Virus record (IMG/VR): IMGVR_UViG_3300008116_000018
DNA: 64,000 bases
From: a virus
Reading direction: 5' to 3' (one strand)
In this document: in pieces, positions 37,083 through 47,057 of the stretch
How the letters are laid out: each line of letters starts with the position of its first letter
Position numbering within the stretch: the first letter of the stretch is position 1
Notes under the pieces: generated by a model
What the model saw: the letters and a program-made list of their open reading frames with translations, nothing else
The model's database searches: none
What the model was told of the DNA's origin: nothing
Translations under genes and position numbers: made by a program

Positions 37083-38363
37083 TTAGAATTGAATGATTAG
37101 TTTAACGTCTTCAATTTGGTCAGCCGCTCTGGAGATTGGCACACGATTTTCGACATAGATAATGTCGCCTGTGTATGGCTGTAAGCCTGGAGTTGTGATA
37201 GCCGCAATTGTACCCGAAGCAGATGATGTACCACCAGAAACGCTTGCTGTGTTAGCAAACGGACGATTCAATGGTAGTGTAGTAAACAAGTTTGGTGTTG
37301 TGAATTCAACAACGCTTGCTGTGTTAGATCCGCTAGTGATAGTTTCATCTAATGTAAATGTTCCAGAGATGCCAGACAATTGATATTGGAATGACTGTCT
37401 GAAAGAAGATGCAACTGCTCTTGTAGTTGTACCATACAAATATGGATCACGAATAATACCAACTTGACGGAACTCATTAGCTGTAGAGAATGTGTTAGAT
37501 TCTGTGCCATCTAAACGAACGTTAAGCATAATGTACTTACCACCGAGTTCTTCAAGTGCATTCGATCCGTGGCCACCTTTTGGTGAGATTACAGCAGTAG
37601 CGGCAGCGGCACCAGAAGCAAATGTAACTTGCGCTCTTGTGTATCCTGTACCAGGATTTGTAATTGTAACTGCGGTAACAACACCAGCAGTAATTGTTGA
37701 GTTTGCTGTAGCGCCTGTACCATCACCAGTAATAGTAACTGCTGGCGCTGAACCGTATCCAGTACCACCAGATGTTACGTTGACAACGTGAATACCACCA
37801 TCAACGGCCGCAACTTGTACGTCCCATTGATCTGAACCATCATCCGAAGCAAGTGTTTGCACTGGAATGTAATCGTTCGTCAAAAACTTCAATGCTTTAG
37901 CAGTAGTGACTGTGTACATGTATTTCCAAATGTATCCGTCTGCTGTAGTGAATGGGGATGTGCTTACGCCTGATGGCTTTGTCGTTGACGCTGTTCCGCC
38001 AGCATTACCTAAAACTTTATATACATTATAGTCTTCTGTGATAACATAAAAATCGTCAGACTCAAGTAAGTTTGTGTCTTGGTCATCATACTTGTCATAG
38101 ACTGTACCAGCAGTCCAATCATATCTTGGAATAGCGTGGCTAACGTCTGCTGTGGTAATACGCTTTGCGGCGTACATATCACGCCACGGAGTATATTCAA
38201 CGTTTGCAGTTGAATTTACTGGTGTTGGAGGTGCGTTATCGTTTGGAAATGCGGTACTTTTTCCAATAAACAAATACATGATAGTATTTGACGTTTCAGA
38301 AAATGCTTCTGCGAATTGCTCTGCATTGTGTACTCTGAATTTTGTAGTTACAATTGATGCCAT
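37083..38363 (-). CDS. gp8: Baseplate wedge subunit
   Basis: KFRVHNA, PRYDW, YNVYK, DGYIWKYMY, GGHG, FRQVG, IYVENR.PI.RA.DQ.ED.K. Confidence 0.92.
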   Translation of the reverse strand: MASIVTTKFRVHNAEQFAEAFSETSNTIMYLFIGKSTAFPNDNAPPTPVNSTANVEYTPWRDMYAAKRITTADVSHAIPRYDWTAGTVYDKYDDQDTNLLESDDFYVITEDYNVYKVLGNAGGTASTTKPSGVSTSPFTTADGYIWKYMYTVTTAKALKFLTNDYIPVQTLASDDGSDQWDVQVAAVDGGIHVVNVTSGGTGYGSAPAVTITGDGTGATANSTITAGVVTAVTITNPGTGYTRAQVTFASGAAAATAVISPKGGHGSNALEELGGKYIMLNVRLDGTESNTFSTANEFRQVGIIRDPYLYGTTTRAVASSFRQSFQYQLSGISGTFTLDETITSGSNTASVVEFTTPNLFTTLPLNRPFANTASVSGGTSSASGTIAAITTPGLQPYTGDIIYVENRVPISRAADQIEDVKLIIQF

Positions 38364-38412
38364 TAGGTGTTCTCCCTTTGAATGCGATACTTAAAGTTGT
38401 TTTTCATTTACT

Positions 38413-38420
38413 TATTTATA
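38413..38420 (-). promoter_or_regulatory. Late promoter TATAAATA (gp8)
   Basis: Exact consensus. Confidence 0.75.
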
Positions 38421-38437
38421 CAAAGTTTTTTGAAATT

Positions 38438-41344
38438 TTATGGATTTATTTTATATGCAACCACATTAGTAAATGGTGTTGCTGGACTTCTATCTATAAC
38501 CATGTTTGTTGTACCAAACACTGCTTGAATTATGAAATATTCATTGTTGGCAACAAATATGTCACCGCCATTGAAATCTGCCACAAAATTAGTTCCCACA
38601 CCAACCACAACCGGTGCAGTCGCACTAATCACAACGCTATCAATTGCGTTAATAGCAACGTTTTCAAATGCGGCAAGAGTATATGTAGAATAATCTTGCA
38701 CTGCGGAAGAAACTGTACCAGATATTGGAACGTATGACACATAAGATGTATTAGCTACCGATGATGAATTATCGATAACATTTTCTAAGTATACAGTATC
38801 TATCGATGTTGAAGATGTTGTAATTACAGATTCTGTCGTATATGACATGAATCCTAATGAAGAAATTTTGACAGAGTATTCTTGATTTAAAAGAGATATT
38901 CCGAGATTTTCGACATTAGGAAATTTATCTATTATCGAATATACAGATTGATACGCTGGAGTTTCATAGTATGGATCACTAAAGGCAACGTTCTCTAATG
39001 TTGAAATCGGGGTATTGATCCAATCATCACCCAATACGCCAGTAGAGAATAGAGGGATATCTTCATATGTGACACCATATGCCTTGATTTCATTCGCACC
39101 CGATGTAAGTCGTTTTATCGTAGCCATCGGTATTGGAAGTATACCCGCATCCGATTCTAGCGGAACCTGTACAACGAATGTCCTGTTTTCAATTGATGCG
39201 TCTGCGGCATTCTCTGTCAACAATCTTATTGTGTATTCCTGAACGTTCAAGTCAGTGTTTACAGTAATAAGCGGACTTTCAACAGTCAACGTCATTGATA
39301 TAAACGAATCGGCGTACTGTCCGCCAACAGAGAATTCACTGAATATTCGAACGATCATTCTCTCAAGATTATCAAGTAAACTTGAAGAAACAGTCATATC
39401 ATTGAGAATCTGAATTTCACCAAAATATATTAAACCAGCAGGGTGAATAATAGATTTCAGTGTATCCGAATATGTTTCAAATGCTAAACCACTCTTGATA
39501 ACATAAGAGTAGTCTTGATAGTAATATGAGTCTTGAATAATTTTATAATCAATCTTACCATCATCGCCCACCCAAACACCATCTTTAATTCCAAGTCCTG
39601 AAATAGTTGCTGTCAGATTTGCATTGCCATCACCGACTGTATTTGCGATTGCATTTGCTGTGCTGTAGTTGATACCAAAATTTGTAATTTGAACTGCACG
39701 AATCGAACCAATACCTGTGATATTGTTAGATGTGTCAACAGTGACGTTTGCACTATTGCCTTGAATATTTGTTGCAATTAAATTTGCGCTAGAACCAGTT
39801 GTTGTGGTGATTGTAATTGTTGGTAAATTCGCAGAAGTATAGCCAGTACCAAAATTAGTTAACTCGATGCGTTTGATTGGACCTTTTACTAACCAATCTT
39901 CATTCTTAATAATGTCATCGTAACTACCATCAGCCTTCATCTGAAAGCCGTCTTCAAACAAAAAGTCAAATGTTGTTGTCTCAACAACAGAAGCAATTTG
40001 TCCGGCTGCATTTGCACCAGCACCGCCAGTAAAGATAAGAGTATTTCCAACGCCATAATTAGAACCAGCATTGCTAATAGTAATTAACTTGTCAGACAGT
40101 AATCCTAAAGATGCGACTGCTGTATCTTGTAATGTGATTCCAGGCTTTTTGAAATAATTTTCGCCTCTATTGATAATAGAGACTTTAGAGATTTCACCAA
40201 GATTATATGTGTTCGCACCAGAAGTTACTGTGTATGTGTTTGCTAATTCAGTAACTTGTATGATGAGTCCAGAACCACCAGTTCCGGAGTTGTTGATTGT
40301 CGCAGTCGTGTTTAATTGATATCCATGTCCGACTGTATTGATAGACAACGCACTAATTGGCGATTCTTTAATTGAAGAAACTCTAGCTTGCGCTTCCGAA
40401 CCATTGCCAGTAATTGTAATGAGATCGCCATCTGCATATCCCGATCCACCATCGACAATAGTGATGCCAGACAGGATACCATATACTGTTGTGACTAAGT
40501 TTGTGTCAGTGATATCTTCAACGCTTTCGCCCGCAATGAATGCACCGCTGACAAGTTTCAAAGTCATCTCAGCAACTTCGATTGATCCAATAAAGAATTT
40601 TTTAATGTCAACTACGTTAGCAAGAAAGCCTGAAGTTTTTCCACGAATAGTTTTGTTTAGAAATAAAAATATATCTCTGTCAAATGAATTGCCTAAAGCA
40701 TTTATACCAGTCGCTTTTGCTTGTGTTCGAATGATTTGTGTCTTTTCGAAATTACCATCAGACACACGTAGAATGTCTTCGCCTGGATAATAAAACTCGA
40801 TGCTATCGTTATACAATAGTTTAAAGAGAAATCGGTAAGAGTCTTCGTTACTCTTCGATTGAAAGAATTCTTTGAACTTTAAAGCAATCGTTCTTTTATC
40901 ACCATTGAATGTGATTGGAATACTAGGAAATAACTCATCTTTCAAGTATCCAATATAATTGTCAATAGACGTTTCGATGTTACGATAGTCTAATATTTTT
41001 CCTGTTTTACGTACAACGTTATCTCGAACAACGCTTACGATTGCGGTTGCGCCTGATGTTTGTCCAGTTATAATTTCAGACAAGTTAAATGGCGCTCTAG
41101 TATCAACCTGCACAATCAATTCACCAGCAACAACTTCTTTGACGATTGCAGTTGCGCCAGAGGCAGAAATAATAGTTTCACCTCGAACGAATGTTCCAGT
41201 TGTACTTGTTATCTCTACTTTGGTAGTTTGCATCCATTCATAGTATGCTTTCATAAACAACAAAAACTTATCGGACTCAGCGGCCATGTCGCCCGAAAGT
41301 ATTGTGTCTATGCCAAATGATGGCTTGAATTTAGAATCTGACAT
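38438..41344 (-). CDS. gp7: Baseplate wedge initiator (gp7-like)
   Basis: FM.AYYEW, SY.FLFKLLY, IQDSYYYQDYSYVIKS, HPAG; lies between gp6 and gp8. Confidence 0.85.
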   Translation of the reverse strand: MSDSKFKPSFGIDTILSGDMAAESDKFLLFMKAYYEWMQTTKVEITSTTGTFVRGETIISASGATAIVKEVVAGELIVQVDTRAPFNLSEIITGQTSGATAIVSVVRDNVVRKTGKILDYRNIETSIDNYIGYLKDELFPSIPITFNGDKRTIALKFKEFFQSKSNEDSYRFLFKLLYNDSIEFYYPGEDILRVSDGNFEKTQIIRTQAKATGINALGNSFDRDIFLFLNKTIRGKTSGFLANVVDIKKFFIGSIEVAEMTLKLVSGAFIAGESVEDITDTNLVTTVYGILSGITIVDGGSGYADGDLITITGNGSEAQARVSSIKESPISALSINTVGHGYQLNTTATINNSGTGGSGLIIQVTELANTYTVTSGANTYNLGEISKVSIINRGENYFKKPGITLQDTAVASLGLLSDKLITISNAGSNYGVGNTLIFTGGAGANAAGQIASVVETTTFDFLFEDGFQMKADGSYDDIIKNEDWLVKGPIKRIELTNFGTGYTSANLPTITITTTTGSSANLIATNIQGNSANVTVDTSNNITGIGSIRAVQITNFGINYSTANAIANTVGDGNANLTATISGLGIKDGVWVGDDGKIDYKIIQDSYYYQDYSYVIKSGLAFETYSDTLKSIIHPAGLIYFGEIQILNDMTVSSSLLDNLERMIVRIFSEFSVGGQYADSFISMTLTVESPLITVNTDLNVQEYTIRLLTENAADASIENRTFVVQVPLESDAGILPIPMATIKRLTSGANEIKAYGVTYEDIPLFSTGVLGDDWINTPISTLENVAFSDPYYETPAYQSVYSIIDKFPNVENLGISLLNQEYSVKISSLGFMSYTTESVITTSSTSIDTVYLENVIDNSSSVANTSYVSYVPISGTVSSAVQDYSTYTLAAFENVAINAIDSVVISATAPVVVGVGTNFVADFNGGDIFVANNEYFIIQAVFGTTNMVIDRSPATPFTNVVAYKINP

Positions 41345-41351
41345 TTATTTT

Positions 41352-43169
41352 TTATCTGTATACTAAGCTGATCGAATTGTCATCAATTACACTGACTGAA
41401 ATATCTTCGTCACGAATTGAAATGATTTGACCTCTCAGAGGAAGAATGTCTTTGTTTTGTGGAAATGCAGTTAACTTTAATGTTGTGCCGCCATCATTGA
41501 ATGCAGTTGGCGCAAAGTTTGTTAGTATAACTTTACCTGTCGTATAGTTAATGGTTCCTGCGTTAATAGATACGGCAATGTTTTCTACGCCTAATGTTCT
41601 GTAAATACGAATTATGCCGTTGTTGTCTTCTAAAAAGCAGTCTGAAAACCCACCAATTGTAAATGAGTTTGATGTTATTTTATTGCCCACGCCATAAGGA
41701 TGTGTCGATGGTCTATTGTTTGTAGCATTGTCGATTGCATTAGAAAAATTAATTTCATATCGTGTTGAAACACCCAATTGAACCGCAACTTCTTTTCTCA
41801 TTTGTGCAGTCAATACGTTACTTAGAATAGAACGTTCCGCAACGTCAATCAATCTTGACAGTTTAGAATATCTAAAATATGTACCAAACGTATTGATTTC
41901 TGCATCATTGTAATTTTTTATAACGTCTAAAACTAAATTAGAAATAGTATCCTCTGAGAGTGACGTTTTCTTTGCATCATAGTTTACCACACTTGATATC
42001 GTGACATACAGAAATTCTGGATCAACAATCTCAGTTTGTACTGTCAAAATTTTCTTAGGGTTAATTACTGAACTAATTAAGTTTTGTTTTTCTGTCGCAG
42101 TCAGAACCGAACCCGTAGTTGGTTTAATTGCAACAAAAACTTTTCCATATGTAGGTGGATCATTGTCTTCACCACCCCACACAACAACAGAGTCTACTGT
42201 TGGTTGTGCCAATAACAATGCTCTATAATCTTCGGCTGTCACTGCACGATTTTGTGCTTCATAAGATTTTGGCGCATTAAATTTAATTTGTGCAACAGTC
42301 TCTCTAGCCGAGCCACCAGTTGCTGGACTGGTTGCGGTAAAAGTTGCGGCCGTAACGTTTGTGATTGTGTCTGAATATGTCAGTGCGTTAATGTCATTTG
42401 CGAGTGCGCCATTAGACACTAGATATCGAATGACTAGAATGTTTCCGTTACTCAACGCTGTACCAAAAGTACCATCGCCAAATTTTAACTCATACAGTCC
42501 ATCTTCAGATTCTTGTAAAAAGTACACCAAAGATGACGAATCAAGTTCAACTAGATTTTCTGATGGTGTGAATGTTCTTGTTGTACTATCCACAGCAGAG
42601 TTTAAGACTGTTACATTTAATGTTGTGGTGTCAACTCTTGAATTTGGAATTAAAAATCTTTGATCCGCATCACTAGACACAACAGTATATCGTGTTGTGA
42701 TGAGTGTGCCTTCTTTGAGTGTGATAGTATCAGAAAATACGCCAGCGTTCGAGGATATAGTTTTCGAATTGACGTTTAGGAATTTATATGAAACTCCATC
42801 AATCGTGCCATTAAATTCTGTGTATTCTGGAATAGTAACAATAGATGGAGCATTCGCAACCGTGAGTGTTATTGTTCCTGTGATAGATGCTGACGATGTT
42901 GATCTTGGAAGATAATTCAAAGAATTGGCTAAGTTTACAACCGAATTTCTTTTTTGTGCTGTTGCCAGAAATGCCTCAGATGCTACCATGTTTAGATAGA
43001 ACGAATTGTAGTATGTGTTATAAGCTAACATATCCAAAAGAACGGACATGCCAGAACCATCAAAGTTGTAATCTCTGAATTGATCCTGTGCCTGCAAGTA
43101 TCTTTTGAAGTTATCTTTGATACCTTGAAAATTAAGTTCGTCTACTCTTAAATTATTGTCTATGGCCAT
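41352..43169 (-). CDS. gp6: Baseplate wedge subunit
   Basis: F.DYNFDGS, LAYNTYYN, FGDG..G, QNRAVTAEDY, WGGEDN.PP.YGKV. Confidence 0.96.
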   Translation of the reverse strand: MAIDNNLRVDELNFQGIKDNFKRYLQAQDQFRDYNFDGSGMSVLLDMLAYNTYYNSFYLNMVASEAFLATAQKRNSVVNLANSLNYLPRSTSSASITGTITLTVANAPSIVTIPEYTEFNGTIDGVSYKFLNVNSKTISSNAGVFSDTITLKEGTLITTRYTVVSSDADQRFLIPNSRVDTTTLNVTVLNSAVDSTTRTFTPSENLVELDSSSLVYFLQESEDGLYELKFGDGTFGTALSNGNILVIRYLVSNGALANDINALTYSDTITNVTAATFTATSPATGGSARETVAQIKFNAPKSYEAQNRAVTAEDYRALLLAQPTVDSVVVWGGEDNDPPTYGKVFVAIKPTTGSVLTATEKQNLISSVINPKKILTVQTEIVDPEFLYVTISSVVNYDAKKTSLSEDTISNLVLDVIKNYNDAEINTFGTYFRYSKLSRLIDVAERSILSNVLTAQMRKEVAVQLGVSTRYEINFSNAIDNATNNRPSTHPYGVGNKITSNSFTIGGFSDCFLEDNNGIIRIYRTLGVENIAVSINAGTINYTTGKVILTNFAPTAFNDGGTTLKLTAFPQNKDILPLRGQIISIRDEDISVSVIDDNSISLVYR

Positions 43170-43170
43170 T

Positions 43171-43554
43171 TTATGCCGCCCTCGTTAACGATGTTGATAT
43201 AGAACCGGCTCTATTGATGTTTTTTATAATATACTGTATGTTCAATACAATTCCATTTTCTTCAAATTTAATATCAACTTCATTAACAGAAACTCTAGGT
43301 TCGTACTTATTGATTGCGTCAGTTATTTCTTTTTGTAAGTTGTACTCGGTAAATCCAGGTTCGTAGCTAAACAAATAATTGCTGATATCGCATCCATACT
43401 CAGGGTTGAACGGGCGTGTGCCTTTCTTCGTTCTGATTAAATTCATCACCGACCTTTTAATTGCCGTTTCATTTATGATAGGACGAATATCTCCACTCAC
43501 CGGATGGGGAGTGAAGTCTAAAGATAAGTCTTTGAAGAATGCGATTTCTGCCAT
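43171..43554 (-). CDS. gp25: Baseplate wedge subunit
   Basis: DLSLDF..HP, AIKRSV.NL, RPFNPEYG, YEPRV. Confidence 0.95.
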   Translation of the reverse strand: MAEIAFFKDLSLDFTPHPVSGDIRPIINETAIKRSVMNLIRTKKGTRPFNPEYGCDISNYLFSYEPGFTEYNLQKEITDAINKYEPRVSVNEVDIKFEENGIVLNIQYIIKNINRAGSISTSLTRAA

Positions 43555-43567
43555 TTTTTTCTTTTAT

Positions 43568-43753
43568 TTATGTTGTTTGTTCTGCCGTTTTAGACTCTTG
43601 AATTTCTTTTCTTCGTTCTTTTGCGGCTTTGGTAAACTCTGCTAATGCCTTTCTTGCTCTAGTGCCAGCGGCTTTGTTTCCCTTTTCATCAAACTTTGCA
43701 TTCTCTGCAAGATATGATTCAAATAAATTTACTAAGTTTTCGTGATTTGTCAT
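43568..43753 (-). CDS. Small basic helical protein, Hc1 histone-like family
   Basis: KF.EKGNKAAGTRARKAL....K..KERR; RBS AAGGA. Confidence 0.7.
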   Translation of the reverse strand: MTNHENLVNLFESYLAENAKFDEKGNKAAGTRARKALAEFTKAAKERRKEIQESKTAEQTT

Positions 43754-43772
43754 AATTATTTCCTTATAGATG

Positions 43773-43801
43773 TTGACATTTACTTGACATAGTGTTACAC
43801 T
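43773..43801 (+). promoter_or_regulatory. Antisense sigma70-type promoter with doubled TTGACA (copy of the 2345 element)
   Basis: TTGACA(43773)-17-TACACT(43796); second TTGACA at 43784. Confidence 0.6.
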
Positions 43802-43828
43802 ACTGTGTAGCCTATGATATTAACCTTA

Positions 43829-44407
43829 TTAAGCCGCAGGTACCGGAAGAGTCTTTGCAACAGCAATTTCAGCGTCTTGCAATATGTTCTTATCTTCTAG
43901 TGCCTTTATTCTTAATATCAATTCATTCAGGGTAGTATTGTTCAACCCATCAGAAAATCTTAACTCTGTATTTCCATGAAGTCTAAAATTAGTGTTCGTT
44001 GAAAGTGTAATCTTATCATCATTTGTATTCCACACAACCGAATTCTTTTCAGTAACAGTTGCAAAATTTCTAGTCATGCTTGGTGCAGTACCGAAATACT
44101 CTGCGGCAGCTTCTGGTATCGCAGGTAAGTATCCAAGAATCGCAGGCTCTTGTGCAGACATAGAATCTAAAAAGAAACCAAAAACCCAATCTCCAGCTTT
44201 CGGTGTTCCGTATAGGTTTGGAGTATTTAGGGGGTGAATAGTTAGCGACCAAGGCAAGTCTTCAGTCGGAACTAGATTGGTTGACTTTGCTGGATGATAT
44301 CCAAAGCATCTCACTTTGCATCTGCCTAGCGTCAATGGATCGTTGATATCTTCAACAATTCCAATCCACCAAACAAATCCATCTTGCCCAATAAAATTTT
44401 TCATCAA
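43829..44407 (-). CDS. gp5: Short gp5-like baseplate spike (OB domain + short C-terminus)
   Basis: G.DGFVWWIG.VED..DP..LGRC.VRC.G.H, PTEDLPW, WVFGFFLD...AQ.P.ILG. Confidence 0.85.
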   Translation of the reverse strand: MMKNFIGQDGFVWWIGIVEDINDPLTLGRCKVRCFGYHPAKSTNLVPTEDLPWSLTIHPLNTPNLYGTPKAGDWVFGFFLDSMSAQEPAILGYLPAIPEAAAEYFGTAPSMTRNFATVTEKNSVVWNTNDDKITLSTNTNFRLHGNTELRFSDGLNNTTLNELILRIKALEDKNILQDAEIAVAKTLPVPAA

Positions 44408-44641
44408 TTATCCTACATGCTTAAAATATTGAATTTGTCTCTCTTGGTCTGCAACCCATTTGTCTGATGGCTTACCTTCGCCTTTGTAATAGCGCAACGG
44501 CTTGCCAGTCTTTTTAGAAACTAACGCCCACTTGCCGTCTACTTGTTTAAGTGTCTCAATTAATTCTGGACCGTAAACTTCTTCTTCCCACTCTTCAGTT
44601 GAAAGTGTGGTGCCTTGTATAAATTCTTTAAATTTTTTCAT
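44408..44641 (-). CDS. Small probable internal head protein
   Basis: MKKFKEF N-terminus; W.LVSKKTGK.L...ER.IQYFKH. Confidence 0.6.
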   Translation of the reverse strand: MKKFKEFIQGTTLSTEEWEEEVYGPELIETLKQVDGKWALVSKKTGKPLRYYKGEGKPSDKWVADQERQIQYFKHVG

Positions 44642-45594
44642 AGCTTGTCTAACTCTGATGTGTCTACTGCGCCTGGAGGAACATTGTCTTTAATCCAAGT
44701 GAGTAATTGTTTTTTCACATCAAGTTCTTTCTTAGCAGGTTTTCCTGGTTCCTTAAGTACCAAATACTTGAAGTCTTTGATAACAGGATTGCCTTTTTTA
44801 TCTTTGTATGCTTTACCTGTTTGCGGATCAACAATGAAAATTGTATTCTCTGGATTATTTAGAATGACATAAATCCCACCTTGAACAGTTGGCGGCATAG
44901 CTTTTGTTACTAAGTTATATACAGTCTGTGCCGCACCTGCGTGAGTCGCAAGCAAAATATCTTCTGGCACAACTCTTGCCCTTGATTTGTTATTCTTGAT
45001 TGCAATCTGATAATTAGTCAGAACCCACGATACGTGAATGTTCTTTGGCTCATATCCAGCGGCAAACAGTTTTGGTAGAACATCTGTCATGTCTTCAACT
45101 TCTTTGAATGTGCTGTCAAAAATAAGATTTGGCAATTGCCCTTTTTCAGCGCCAGCAAGCATCAAGTCTAACGTCTTGTTTTTTACGTCAGTCGCACGGA
45201 TGAGAACGTGTAGAATGTAAACATGCGTTGGAGTTTTCAAATTCAATTGACCCATCTTTAAATTCTTGTCAGTCAATTCTCTTTGAATAAGGTCTTTATC
45301 TTTCTCAGAAATTTTGTCGCCGTACTTATCAAGCAAGTCTTGAGTCGTAAATTTACCAAGCGCATCTAACTTTTGAAATGCAATTTTCAATTCGTCAACG
45401 TCACGTATTTTAAATTCAGACCCTTGCATAAAATGCTGAACGGCAAATCCTTTGCCCGAACCAGCACCACCAGCAAGGAACACAATCTGTCCATACTTTG
45501 CGCCATTGTTATAGAGTATTTGCTTCTCTATAAGCTGAGTCGCTTTGTAGTCTTTTAAGTCTACGTACTCTGAAAATTTAAGTTTTAAAGTCAT
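44638..45594 (-). CDS. P-loop kinase, zeta-toxin/AAA_33-like
   Basis: FLAGGAGSGKG, DVDE, IFDST, N..R.RVVP....H. Confidence 0.75.
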   Translation of the reverse strand: MTLKLKFSEYVDLKDYKATQLIEKQILYNNGAKYGQIVFLAGGAGSGKGFAVQHFMQGSEFKIRDVDELKIAFQKLDALGKFTTQDLLDKYGDKISEKDKDLIQRELTDKNLKMGQLNLKTPTHVYILHVLIRATDVKNKTLDLMLAGAEKGQLPNLIFDSTFKEVEDMTDVLPKLFAAGYEPKNIHVSWVLTNYQIAIKNNKSRARVVPEDILLATHAGAAQTVYNLVTKAMPPTVQGGIYVILNNPENTIFIVDPQTGKAYKDKKGNPVIKDFKYLVLKEPGKPAKKELDVKKQLLTWIKDNVPPGAVDTSELDKL

Positions 45595-45608
45595 TTGAAG
45601 TAACTCTC

Positions 45609-47054
45609 TTATAGGTATTGTAACTCTGACAAATCTTTTTCTGTCAAATTATTTTTATTAAAATCCATAGGCAATGAACCTCTAGACAACTCTAGTTTTT
45701 TAATATAAGTTGACAGTGTGATACTGTGCTTAACGCCAAATACGAAATATCTGCCAGAGTGATACTCATCTGCTATGATGTTTGATTTGCCAGGAATCAA
45801 TTTCTTTTCTAATCCACTCGGTGTTATAAAATTCACAACATGCCCTGCGCCAATATTGTTTGTTGCGCCTTGAATGTCAATCTCTATCTTAAACATGTTT
45901 TTAGATAAACTACCAAAAATGTTAGTCTCTAGCCAATTACTGCGTTGAATCGTATCATTCAAATATGGGGATGAAAAGATTAATTTTCTTCCTTGAATCT
46001 CATTCTCATTGTTATTGTATGTGCTGAAAATGTTATTCTTGTCTAGTAATTTATTCGGATAAAAATCTTTAGTTGAATTGCTTTCTTTTGAATATCCGAC
46101 ACTGTTTACTGTGTGATTTCTTTTGATTGGATCGAGAGAAGTTATCGTTGTATTGTAATGCCCGAACAGCATTAACTCCAAATGATTGAAGTTATCTTTC
46201 TTTGTCAATCTAGCCGCACGAATGTAATTCGGTTCGATTTTAGCATCTTGATTCGGATCAAAGAATATGTTGTGTACACCGTAGCTAGTTGAATCTTCAA
46301 CTAGTTTGTCGTAGCTTCCGAAAAAGTGTGTTGACGCAAATGCTTTGCCATCTGCATACGTACCGACAATTGGAAAAAATCTCTCAAAGAATAAATAAAA
46401 TTTAGACTTAGAACATGCTCTTTGTGCCATTGCTTCAATTGCTTTGTGCGGCATTAGTCCTGTTGATATGAATGGTGTTGTCAAAGTTATTTTTGGATCT
46501 TCAATCATCAAATCATTTTTTGACATTTCACCAAACATAGATTTGACTGCATCTGCAAGTGATGTGTTCTTATAACTCTTAAACAGATTCTTCTTCATCG
46601 AGTTTACAAAACTTCTAGATGAAAAATACAGTGCATATCTTGCACCAACAGTTTCCATATTGGTTGTGTGTGCGCCAATCTTATTGACGATGAAATCTTC
46701 ACGCCAGAGCAATATCTCATTTGTGATCGGCTTAGATAGTTTGATGACAAGTCGTTCGCCGCCTTGTAGCTGAAACTTTTCAACACCGCCACCAACGTCA
46801 GTTAGTATGACTGTGCCAATTACCGATGATGAAAACACATTCTCATCAATGTCTAAACTTTCAAATGCTTCAAGCAATGAAATTTTTAATCCTTGTCTTG
46901 TTATGATTGAAATTTCGTTGATAATGAAAGTTCCGCCAATGTTGCTACGGACAGTATCTTTCGTATTCAGTGTTAAATCTGCGGTTTCAAACCCTATATC
47001 ATCCGAAGTTCTTCCAAACGGATTAGGTAAATTGTAATATTGTGAAGTTGCCAT
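45609..47054 (-). CDS. Baseplate hub protein (gp27-like)
   Basis: I.ENVFS....G...LTD, GGE.L.I, YLFFE, SGRY.V..VKH; position between gp53 and gp5. Confidence 0.7.
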   Translation of the reverse strand: MATSQYYNLPNPFGRTSDDIGFETADLTLNTKDTVRSNIGGTFIINEISIITRQGLKISLLEAFESLDIDENVFSSSVIGTVILTDVGGGVEKFQLQGGERLVIKLSKPITNEILLWREDFIVNKIGAHTTNMETVGARYALYFSSRSFVNSMKKNLFKSYKNTSLADAVKSMFGEMSKNDLMIEDPKITLTTPFISTGLMPHKAIEAMAQRACSKSKFYLFFERFFPIVGTYADGKAFASTHFFGSYDKLVEDSTSYGVHNIFFDPNQDAKIEPNYIRAARLTKKDNFNHLELMLFGHYNTTITSLDPIKRNHTVNSVGYSKESNSTKDFYPNKLLDKNNIFSTYNNNENEIQGRKLIFSSPYLNDTIQRSNWLETNIFGSLSKNMFKIEIDIQGATNNIGAGHVVNFITPSGLEKKLIPGKSNIIADEYHSGRYFVFGVKHSITLSTYIKKLELSRGSLPMDFNKNNLTEKDLSELQYL

Positions 47055-47057
47055 ATA

